Below, in pieces: positions 37,886 to 49,231 of a DNA stretch of 64,000 nucleotides (position 1 is the first letter of the stretch; the number at the start of each line of letters is the position of its first letter). Where the stretch lies: the NCBI GenBank assembly GCA_051362555.1, contig CM120649.1, forward strand, positions 19,544,567 through 19,608,566, written 5' to 3'. Source of the stretch: Lingula anatina. Taxonomy: Eukaryota; Animalia; Brachiopoda. The notes under the pieces are model-generated. The model worked only from the letters and a program-made list of their open reading frames with translations, was not told the DNA's origin and did no database searches. A program made the translations under genes and the position numbers.

Positions 37886-39231
37886 ATATCCGTCTATAAA
37901 CTCGCTATGAGTTATTGGGATTTGATGTACTTATAAACCACCTGGTATCCATCTCTTGATGAATACCAGGATATCTTTATTAAATATTCGATGACAATCC
38001 ACATCGCACCGAACTTTCTATGATTCTTAGGGTGATAAGAATTTGATATGAATGACAACACCTCACCCCATCCGTTCCCCTGTCAGCTATTACTGGTTAC
38101 ATATTAACTTCAACCGAGACTGATTGTCTGGGATACGTACAAGGATTTATTGAAAGAATTTTGTGAATGGACGCGCCATTAGACACATACTGGTGAGGTT
38201 AAGTCTATAGGCAAGTAACTGATAGTGTGTAGACTTCGACTAAATTATGTTTACCAGTCTTGAAGGAATCGGAAAAGCGAAATATGTTTTTCTTCTGCTA
38301 CATTTACCAACTCTGAAAAAAAGGAAACGTAACTCGTAACTGTATATATTGCCTGAAAGAGCTAGGTTAAATTATTTTACGGTTAAAAAATTGTAGAAGA
38401 ATAAGAGGTAGGTTTAGAAAGCTGTTTGGGTAAGTCAAAGTATATAGCAGGTACAATGGGTGAGCAGAGAAAATTGAACTTTCTCCACTAGCAGAAAGAC
38501 TGAAAAAAGGGGGACGGGGAAAGCAGTCGCGACAAAACAAGTTTATTCTAATATTTAAATATGGCAATATTGAATAATGTTTTCTTACTCTGAGTATACT
38601 GATTGGATAATACCGAGGAATATAGACATATGTGAACGATGACAAAAAACAAATATGCTTACGCCTTCAGGAATCCGATATAAAATGTTCCCTGTGTAGC
38701 AGTGAACGGCACCATGTAAATATTTACGGTCAAAGATTTTAGACACGCGTCGGAACGACGTGTTTTTTCCTACTTTTTCATTAAAGTAAACTGGTTTTGT
38801 AATATTTAACCAACATAGAAGTCACACTAAAAAGTATTTCTGACTTATGGATGTTCTAAATTGAGGAAGTAACGAGAAAAATTTAAAGACGACAACGTTT
38901 ATCGTCAAATAAATTTCTTATGCTGTACGAACACCTTTCTTTTGTCAGTTGCGCATGGCCCATGAAGTGAATATTGCCAAAGGAAAAAAAAAATTAATGC
39001 AGTTATATAACACCGAAAACATTTATGTTGGGATACGTGTGGATATTATTTGTCAGTTAATGTTATCATGCAGAGAAGGATTAAGGAAATAACATTACCA
39101 ACTTTAAAAAGAGAGAGAAAAGGTATAACCTTCAATTGCATAAGCTTTAAAAAGAAACGAAGAATGCTTTAGTCTGCTACTGGGGGAACAATACTTCAAT
39201 TCATTTATACATATGAAAATGAAGAGGAAGA

Positions 39232-39264
<33 letters not shown>

Positions 39265-42200
39265 GACAGCAGCAATGAACAGCTGGCGTTACTAATAGTT
39301 GCATTGATTGGTACTTAAAAAAATGGCAGGGCGTTGCGTGTTTATGGTTTAATTCGCTTCAGTGATGATTCCCCTTATAACGGAAAAAGTACATGTCAAT
39401 TCTGAACTTAACTTGCAGCATGAATTATTAAGGGCCATTGTTACGGATTAAAAAAAATGGTAAAACTGGTACAAAGTAACAAAAATATCCCGTTACAACA
39501 CATAAAGCCCAGCCATGTCTAGATAACAGTGACAATAAAGTAACAAAAAAGAAAGACAAGCTTCCTCTTCCGCCCGAGGCATGATACAGAAAAAAAGAAA
39601 GAAAAGCACTTCAGCTCTTGGCGTAACTAAAGTTATGAATGGGCAATAAAAGAAAAAAAATATTGCCTTATGTGCGTTTCAAAACCGATCACGATAAGTC
39701 CTGTATTTTTTTACTGGTAGTAAAGCAGGACAGAGCACTCGCCTTCACAAGCTTTCTACGGCGTGTGAAGGAGAAAAGAGAAAAGCCGTGATTTAAAAGC
39801 AAGCACGGTTTAGGCGGTTATACTGTAATAAAAAGCAGTACAACTTTCTCCGGGAGCTTCAGACTTCAAGCCTTGAATTTTATGAATGGTTTCAATGTCT
39901 ATAGAAAGATTTCGTTCACAGGTCGTACACGAAGCGTGATGACCTTCAATGTTAATTGTTCCTTTGTATCACGCCCAATAAATATGAGCCGCCATTTGTT
40001 GACTTTTCCGATATTTGTTTAGTTTTATAACTAAGCGCTGTGATCCCTATAATACAGGTTAGGTCGCTCTATATCACGGAGTTTAACAAACTCTGCTGAA
40101 TTTTACTCAATGGGAGTCAATTCAACAAAGAGGAGGGGCTACAAATGGGGTCCTGCGGTAGGGTCCACGAATTTTTTCACGATAATGCAGCGTAAACTAA
40201 AGGGACCCTTTTTCAGTGTAAGACGGCCGTGTTAGGTTTAATCACAACTTGACTATCCCTTTATTAGAGTAGATGTACACAGCTAGATGGATAAAGTTTC
40301 TGAAGCGAAAATAAAAGTGTTAACATAAACTGATCGCTCAATTACGTCACGTAGTGTATTTCCGGCTTATAAGACATTTTTGGTATTTAAAACTTTGAAT
40401 TGAATATGGCCCTGTCACCAGTGAAAGAAAACCACTTTCGACCCGTGTTTTGTGATGAAGGAAATTCATCACAGACATACGCTGTACATAAATATTCAGC
40501 GGGGGCGTTTGCTCAGTTTTTTATTCAAAATAGGGGAATTTTATGCACCGCTAAAAGTTTTTTGTACGGAAGGTGTGTTTATTTACATGTATCCTGATAG
40601 ACGGTTGGTTTACTGATAGGCTGGGAGAGGGGCATAGTAAGAAGAAACAAACAGATTTGTGGATAAACAAAAAGCTGGAGAGACAGCAAGGTATCGTAAA
40701 CGATCAAGTGTACTTTTAGGGCCAAATTTACCGTCACATAGGGTCTCAAGTCCATGTCTAAATCAAGCACCGTTTCCCCCTCGAGCGGTAAACTTTAGTA
40801 CAGAGGGTTTGTATCAGTTTACCGTTAAATGCCTTTAGGCGGTTTTACGCTAGAAGGGGTGAAAGGGGGGGGGGAGGTAATAGTTAAGTTTTCCAGAATT
40901 TGGCCTTTTGCTGTTTTAACAGATAAGTCAATTAATTAACTTGCCGTGTACCGATACGTTTCGTATCACTTAAGTGTACCATGCCGCTCGAAGTAAAAAA
41001 GGCCTTCTACCATTTATTGTCACAATAAGACAAAGACAGTCACTTGATTTCTTCTACTAGTAGTGCTTGTGACGACAGGAATGAAGGAAATAAGATATCA
41101 GTTTGTTGTTCCAAACATCCGTCCAAATACCCTTTAAACAAAAGAAAACAAAACTGTTATCCTTAAAAAGAACAAGCAACTCCAGGTAGGGTTTATAACG
41201 ATGATGAGGCAGTTAGTACGCTCATGGTTTGGTTGCCAGGGTCCGTTCGTGGGATTTTGTGGTATGAAATCTCCTTTATTACTTTTTAAGTATCCTGTAT
41301 GTGTGTTGTAAAGGCATGTTAAAACTCACATTTTAAGTAACGTGTAATAACAGGATTGGGGCAAGTAAATAGAGGAAATGCACCGACTCCACTTCATGAG
41401 ACGGGGGACTCGTTTTCTTGAAACGGGCGAGGGGGGCGGGGCAGGGGGGATCATTTTTATGTCTTCATACAAATTGAATAAATGATGTTTACTTTAATAT
41501 AAGTAGGTCTGTTGACTTAGGTCTGAAGTTAGCTACAAGAGAGTGTTTTGAAAGTTTTACCTAAAGAATGAATTTGTGTCAAGATTTCGGTTAAATGGTC
41601 ACCATATCCTACAAACAAATCACCGGCGACGCTAATTCTTTTTGGCAAAGTTCTACGGTTATTGGTCTTTTTAATAACACTATAGACGTGGAAGTAACCA
41701 CCAACGGATTCAGGGAACTGCAAGTTCCGCACTCTTCCTTAGTTGCAGTTTGATACCCGTAAAATGAAACTCGTGTCCTGTTGACAAATATCAGCAGACG
41801 ACTTCTATCCGTTTTCATTTTGTCACTTTAAGAGGAGCGCCTCACGCGACAATGCCCTCGTCGCCCACGTGCGTCATGAAGCAGCCGGTAATATCTGATG
41901 AAAGCATTGTAATACGATACCCTATAGGTTTGATTTGTTACATTTCCGCCTCATGAACTATCATCTCCGGTTTAATGGAGTTTGATTGTGTTTTCATTTT
42001 TCTTACCACAAATGACACCATAGAGAAAAGTGGGGGCCGCACATCTGTGGATGCGTTGTTAAAATACCATTCTAGTACCAGTGTAATGTGACGGGCTTGG
42101 GTTACACTTTAACAGCGACACAAAGGGGGTGAGGGGGTTGGGGGGGGGGGGAGGATAAATTGATATTTACCTTGCTTCGCTTAAAACACGTTTGCACGTG

Positions 42201-43106
42201 AAAAGAGGGCAGTAAACGGGAAAGGCGCGCGCTCCCCCCCTCCTCCCCCCCCCCATCAAAAGATCACAGACAGTGATGGATCCTAGATTTCACATAAATA
42301 TCTGTTTTCTTGGTCTGTGTTGACGTGGTAAATAGTACATGTATGTAATGGTCTTTAGCAAGAGGTTAGCGCAAATAGTAAAGCCGGCCGTGGTAAACAG
42401 GCTTGTTTGCGCGAGAAACGACAAGGGCATATATATGTGGTCTAAGAATTTTAATATACAAGTGTGCACAGGGGATGTGTAAATATGCGACACTTAGGCG
42501 TGCTTGGGCTTGTTGTATTATTACGATAAGGTAATCGAGGGTTAAAGTACTTTCCACTGATAAGCCTCGCTCTAGTTTCATACCACCTTCGTGTTATGTC
42601 AATACAAGTTAATGACGTCGCATCAGAAAGGAGTCCGTCTGTGTGGTGCGTTAAGAAAAAGGGTAAAAGTTTGATCAAAGATCACTTAGGCTAGCGTCCT
42701 TGAAGGAGCAAGGACATAAATTTAATATTAACACAGCAGATGCGTTTATTAAGACACCTCGTTTTCTGTTGGGGAGGATAGATTTAGTGATCTAACGGAA
42801 AAATTGGCAGGCATTTGAGGCACACACTCAAGAATAGCCGCAACAGTCTCGCGCCGTCCTTGTGAAGTTTGCTTACTTCTACAGCGTCAGCGATATCGGT
42901 CCCACTCTAAGAACTGTTTTGCCTTGGAAAAAACTCTTGATTTGTGGTGTTTAATGTTGGTTTGTCTTGGCTCGTTACAATTTTCATCTTGATTATCCCA
43001 TACTTCGGAATTCGCGCAGGTTTTGGTGAGTTTTATGTACTACTTTTCTTTTGAATATTTTTACTTAGGATTGTTTGATGCTCCGCAATATTTTGTTGTT
43101 GTTGTT

Positions 43107-43117
43107 TGTGTGTATGC

Positions 43118-43155
<38 letters not shown>

Positions 43156-43188
43156 AGTGCGTGTGTATGTGTGTGTGTGTGTGTGTGG

Positions 43189-43230
<42 letters not shown>

Positions 43231-43238
43231 AAAAGAGA
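43107..43238. repeat. (GT)n/(GA)n microsatellite
   Basis: Directly visible. Other simple repeats lie at ~9046-9093, 11124-11169, 20852-20886, 24833-24862, 25734-25794, 28069-28143, 35486-35565, 44929-45010, 57846-57883 and 63441-63523. Confidence 0.95.
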
Positions 43239-44925
43239 GCATTTCATTCAACCCCCTCTTCCATCAGCCAAGGACATATATAAATATAGGCGCACGTAGT
43301 GTAAACGTGAGCGTAGGTGTTGTACATGTCCGTGCCACACCATGCCAAGGACGGACCGTAAGCAGAGCCAGCCTAACATCTCGGCCCGAGTATCCGTAGG
43401 GCAGCTTTAATTTATGTTTCTGTCTACCACGCACGGTATTAATCTTATCTCGGTGAAAGAAAGGCATTCTTTATGGAGGAGTATCTCCCACAGGCAGACG
43501 GGGTTAGTGTTATAAGGTCGCAGTATTTCACGTCTTAGACATTAGCTGGGAATGATTGAGTATCCTAATTAAGGGATTGAGGGGTCGCGAAGCTGATACA
43601 AGCGGAGCGCGTTTTCTTCATAAAACTGGCCAGAAATAACGTTCAGATCACCACGAGGAGAACTCGACACCGTATTGTTAGAGAGATCTGGGGTATAAGG
43701 ATTACAGCACGTCTTGGAGTCAACAGTGAGCCGTTGAATTCGCCCTGAGGTCTGTTACGCGAGCTTTCACAGCGGTTAATGGGAACGCTAGACAAAGAAA
43801 AAAAAACTCCTGCTACTGTTTGGGAAATACCAGCTCGGCACTTCACACCAATTAATTGCTTTCTACATTTTGGTATTTTTAAAGAGCGTTCAGACATTGA
43901 TGAAAATAAGACCGGGTTTTGGTCTAGTGTGCGCTACTTCGAAACCATAGGGGAAAGTTCTAAGAATGAATACTTCACGAAAGCGCTGCTGCAACATATA
44001 TACAGATGTCCGCAAGACACACTGTTTATGTGTGCACTCGCTTATTTATCAGTGATGTCTTTGTACACATACGTACCTCCCGCGATCTCACCCCTACCCC
44101 CAGCGATTTAACTTTACCCCCCGCAATCTTACCAGATGCCCCACGATCTTTACCTCCTGACACTGCTCTACCCTTTATACTTTTTGGTGTGTTTTCGTTT
44201 CATGCCCAGGTATGTAAAGATAACAAGCAAAACTAAATTTAGGCGGATTATGACGTCATCCAGATCGTGGCCCTTTCACCCGAAATGAGTGCGTTTTGAG
44301 GGAAGAGGACACGGTAGTGTCGTATAGGATTGCAAATTACGGAAAATTAAACAGCACTCTTCTCTATTTTAGTACCAACCGGAAGAAGGTGATCAAATGG
44401 ACATAAATTTCCAATGTCACAAATAGGCGGCTATAAAATCATGCAGCATAGCGCTGCGACCTTTGTCATAAAATGAGCTAGGAACATAAGGTCCCAAGGG
44501 CAATGCTATATCTCGTTTGTAAGCATTGTTGTCTGAGGTTTTTATCTCTAGGGGAGGCTTTTTAACAGTTTTTTTGTAAAAAATCTCCTTCGGTAGTTTG
44601 CCTGCAGGGTATACAAATGGAAGGTGTCTTGTCATTTAAGAGTTCTAAAAAGAGGTTCCATCTGTCCGAAATTTTAACTCAAATGCCAATTGGTATTATC
44701 ACGTTTCATTTATTTCTCTAAAAATGAAAATGGCATGTTGGCAGTTACCTGCTATGCTTAACTAGGCTTCATATGTACAACTAGACCTTTGCCAATATTT
44801 ATCATCATTTATAATTGTGAATTTCCTTTTCTGCGAAGTGTTACAAGTGTGTGAATGATCGTATTACAGACTTTTACACCAGACTGCCCTGGGAAAATGT
44901 ACAGAGATAAATAATAAAAAAAAAT

Positions 44926-44959
<34 letters not shown>

Positions 44960-46404
44960 CACACACTCACACAAACATACACAAACTCTCTCTCTCTCTC
45001 CCTTTCTCTCTGGCAATTTAGGGGCCTGCAATCAAAATGGGATCTCTGTGTAAAACACAAGTTCAAAAGCACCAAGCGATCAGACCCGCTTCCTCCCCTG
45101 TCCGGTTAACAGAGGCAGCAGATATTTGAATCCTGATTCTCAACTGTAACCTCACAATGCTCCGTGGGAAGGCGACGGTCCCTCAAACTCAATTGCAGTC
45201 CATGCCAATCAACGTAGCGAGGAGTCCACCAAGTGACACCTAATTGTCCGCAATAGTGGTTGTCAGAGGAAACCGGTAATCCAATTCCAAGATGGGAGTC
45301 CAAGAGGACCAAGATGGGAGTCCGATTGCCCACAGACCTTGACCACACCGTATAGGCCTGTCTACGATTTAAACCAAGATCTAAGTTTTTTTTAAGTCGG
45401 TGTCACCACGTACGCTCATTTACCGTTGTACCAGAGGTTTCGATGGTTTAATTGCCTTGGGGTCCTTATGTTTTTTTATGTTGAGAATTAGCACGCCGGT
45501 AAAAAACGTTTGACAACCATAATTTCGGCGACCCTGTGTTTTAGCGCTAAATTACACCCTACCTGTCAACGGAAGAAACTGCTGTAGCTTATTTTTAGGG
45601 AGTTGTATGAAGCTGTGCCTTATTTTGAATCAGTCGGTAATTTGATCCTTAATTTCGGTGACAATTACGCGCTGTCAAACCCCAACATAGCGCCTCACTT
45701 GACAACTTGCTACGAAGGCCACATGGAGAGTAGATGACGTTTCTGTCGTCGTCAACAAGGACCCTTAGTTCCGCTTCTCTTCCCTCTACTCTGTCACACA
45801 TACAGAGGTGACAATGACTGTGAATTGAAACGACCTACAAGTGACCTTTCATACTCGAGTTTCAGTCTGTAAAAGTCTGTTATAAACCGAGATACAAACA
45901 CGAGAGACGACATTTAGTGTGCACCGTAACCACAGCTGGCACGTCGCTCGAGGTCTTCTCTACCTTGTTAGAATTTCGGACGTAGTTTTGAAGTCTTTGG
46001 TGATGCAGTTGTATCTATATAATTGTATGGGCGAAGTTACAGATTAAGGCAGTATGTAGCGATATATACTGCGTAAGAGTTTGGTTCTTTAGGTTCAGTG
46101 AAGAACGTTATTGTAGAATGTTTTGAAGTTCACCTGCACTTTCAGCGACAGTGGTACAAACTTGTAATGAGTTTATAACCTAAGTATTAATTTATTTTGA
46201 TGAAGCTGTTGCCACACGTGGTACTGCATTGTGTACCATGAAACATTGATCATTTTATTATTTTGATGTAAATATGCCTAAATATCATTTTTTACAATTT
46301 CAGATTAACTTTGAAGGAGTAACTAGAAAACTGCATAGGATTAGACAAGAGTACAACTAATTCACAGAATCGACGTCGTATAAATCTACGACAGAGCTTA
46401 CATC

Positions 46405-47145
46405 ATGCGGCCGCATAACGCCGCATGCGCACTGGCGCATCTTTTCCTGTTTCTACGCAGTGCTTTCGCCAACACTATCGACACGTGCGTTTTCGCGGAA
46501 ACTGGAGACGTCATCTTTGAAGAGGCAGTTTATGACGCAGCAACAGTGTTCCATGGAAAAGTTCTGGACCTTTACAAACTGCCGTCCGCTCTTATAACAA
46601 ATGACGGGAAAACTGGCGGGACAACTATAAAATACTTTGTCAAAATGCAGATCATATGCGTCTTCAGAACCAATGATCGTGCCCCGGAACTTCCGGTTAA
46701 TGTTACGTTAGAATCTAAATGTCCGTTCACGCATCTGAACCTCCACGGAGAATTCATCGTCGCTCACAAATATTTCGCATCTTTGAAAATGCTAGAAAAA
46801 ATAGGAGGCGGAGACATGGTACCGAGCGAGGGGGAGGACAAACAGACCTACCTGAGTGAGGAAAGGAACGTTTTTAACGCTACCAAGGACAGACTCGGTC
46901 TAGTAGCCAACGTGTGCGGCATGGTGAATGTGGTGCCTTTAGACGCTTCCGTCTCAAACGTCAGGCGTAAACGTAACAACGCGCGACTAGCCACGCCCCG
47001 TATAGCCCAGTGCCCGGATGTTAGTGTTACCAAGGATACGTGCATAAATCCACGCGCCTCACGAAGTGGAAGTTCAGGACTAATAATTCAGTTACCAGTC
47101 ATCATTCTACTGGCTGCTTTTGGAGCATTGTTTGTGAATTTATAG
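46405..47145 (+). CDS. Secreted, probably GPI-anchored 246-aa protein with a TIMP/NtA(agrin)/CCDC3-like OB-fold domain and a furin site
   Basis: Signal-peptide-like N-terminus, six Cys in the predicted mature part, and the pattern A.TVFHGKV...Y.V...IICV...P..VTL...C....L...EFIV...NVFNAT......C, reminiscent of NtA/CCDC3 N-domains. RRKR is followed later by a small-residue run SRSGSSG and a hydrophobic C-terminus. A splice acceptor TTTTTACAATTTCAG| lies at 46303. The ORF call is firm; the family call is tentative. Confidence 0.8.
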   Translation: MRPHNAACALAHLFLFLRSAFANTIDTCVFAETGDVIFEEAVYDAATVFHGKVLDLYKLPSALITNDGKTGGTTIKYFVKMQIICVFRTNDRAPELPVNVTLESKCPFTHLNLHGEFIVAHKYFASLKMLEKIGGGDMVPSEGEDKQTYLSEERNVFNATKDRLGLVANVCGMVNVVPLDASVSNVRRKRNNARLATPRIAQCPDVSVTKDTCINPRASRSGSSGLIIQLPVIILLAAFGALFVNL

Positions 47146-47597
47146 AGCAGAGCCTCCGTGCGACTATTTGTTGAATTTATTGTTATCCACACCAAAGACC
47201 AAAATATCCAAGGTGATTTTGCTTAGTGAACATAATTGCGTTATACCAATCATTCTTATAGCAGGCTTGGCATTATACAAGTTATTTTGCGATATGTCTA
47301 CTGCAAAATTTAAGTGAAGTTAAATGATCAACCTCGCATTACACTATCAATGTACACGTACGGTTTTATTGGCCATTAATTTATTCATTCCAATCAAACC
47401 TTGACACGTAGACTGTTTGTACTGGCTATCGAGGAAATGTGTCATTTTGTATCACATGGAACGACAGGAAAATGGCGGCGAAGTGAGTTTAGAGCGACAT
47501 CCTTTATCTTGTTTTATTTCAGCCAACAACATTTATGTAAAGTTATTCAGCAGAATTAAGTTGATGGGAAAGACAATAAACTAGATAGTCAGACATG

Positions 47598-47773
47598 CAG
47601 GGGCGGATTCAGAGATATTTTCTGACAGTCTTCAAAATTATCTTTGTTGATCCATCCACCATTTTTGACCGTCTTCCGACAGAAAAAAATAGATAGGCCC
47701 CTACCCGTCAATGTAAACTTGAAAATCTGACCGTCTTCCGGAAGAACCAGAAAACGCCCTAAATCTGCCCCTG
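47598..47773. mobile_element. MITE family 3 copy 1 (CAGGGGCGGAT...ATCYGCCCCTG)
   Basis: TIRs and TSD GACATG; closely similar to 51895-52062. Confidence 0.85.
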
Positions 47774-49095
47774 GACATGACTGGTCGCCATGATGTGAAA
47801 ATAAGATGTACACATCTTTCCGTCTAATGTATACCTAGAGTACATTTAATATTTGTTTTGACGGAAAATAATTTAAATGAGAAAATACTTTTACTGTTGA
47901 TGTAGAAATTCCAGTACTACGAAAAGCTTAGTTATTTTACAAGATACATGTTTTACAAGATACGTCTTCCATTACAACTTGGAATTCCATGTAACTGTAA
48001 ACATTAGCGCTGCTTTGCTTCAGTTTTCTTCCAAAAGTTTGAAGTTTTTGTGCTCTGTTTCACGTGATTAATTAAGTTTAAAGAAAACCGGAAACTGAAT
48101 AATTGTCCCCGCATGCTTAATTGAATATGTATATATTATGTATTATATGGCTAAATTATATTTTTGTTATGCTTGGAGGAGTTCAATTTTACTTGAGTGC
48201 TTTGTTGCAGTTTTCTCTAATAATTAGTAAATAGTATATTTCTCGTCATCTTCCACCAAGCATTCGTGATATAAATGCCACGGCCGATGGCGCTGGGGTC
48301 GATTAGAAGATTACACTGTATATATTTTAAAATCTTCAACGAAGAATACAAATATGTATTCAAAGATATACTTTCAAAGTAACATCAGTCATTCTCTTTG
48401 TTTTAAATATATGTTTGCTACTTATTGGAGACTTTGTGTATAAATTGTAAATACTGTATATTTGAATGTATGTGAAGTGCGGTATTGTACACATACTTTG
48501 GGAGGGTGAGACAAAAAGATGCTTGTTGCATTGTTTTCAACATTGTTAAGTTTATGTATTTCAGACAAGAAATATATACTATCTCAGTAAAAAATGCGTT
48601 TGTTTTGTGCTTGTGCTGATGGTGGACGGAAGTGTGGTTGGTGTGACAGGTTTGGCACATTTGGATGCGACCTGTTGGTACTGTTCGATACAGAACAGAA
48701 CTTGAATAATTTTGCAGGAATTTCAGTGGGAATATTTTCGTTGGATAAGAGGTTTTACAAGCTGATTGATTACTGCCCGTCGGAATAACATTTAAATAAC
48801 TATTGGAGTATATTTTTTATGCTTTGTTTTTTTTGGGCAAACCACTCCCGCGGCAGTACTAAGGATTTTGTATTTGATGAGAGCAATTCAAAGAGCTTCA
48901 TCAAATTAATGTTAAAACAATATAAATTAGAATTAAAACCTATAATCAATATCATAATTTATAATTAGATAATAAAATTAAATCATCGACATCAAATGAT
49001 ATTTCGTATAAATTTATTCTTTTTATTCAATCATAGGTAACGAGATGATGGAATATCTCGCTTATAAAATCGGTGACAGAATCAAGATGGCCGTG

Positions 49096-49231
49096 TCAAG
49101 ACTTATCGGTGTTGATGTCAAATATAAAATGTGTATACAAAGGCTTGGATGACTTGTAGACTATTCTATATGAGGAATTACTAAGTCCATCATGATGCAT
49201 TCGTGATCTGCTTGTTTTTAGTAGAGGATCT
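49096..49231 (-). CDS. GT7 paralog 1 exon 7 (terminal)
   Basis: DPLLKTSRSRMHHDGLSNSSYRIVYKSSKPLYTHFIFDINTDKS*, with AATAAA at 49018-49013. Confidence 0.9.

Noticed and set aside
45080-45360. GC-richer segment with a CCAAGATGGGAGTCC duplication and possible tRNA/SINE-like boxes
   Set aside because: No cloverleaf or correctly spaced A/B boxes; it cannot be classified from sequence alone.
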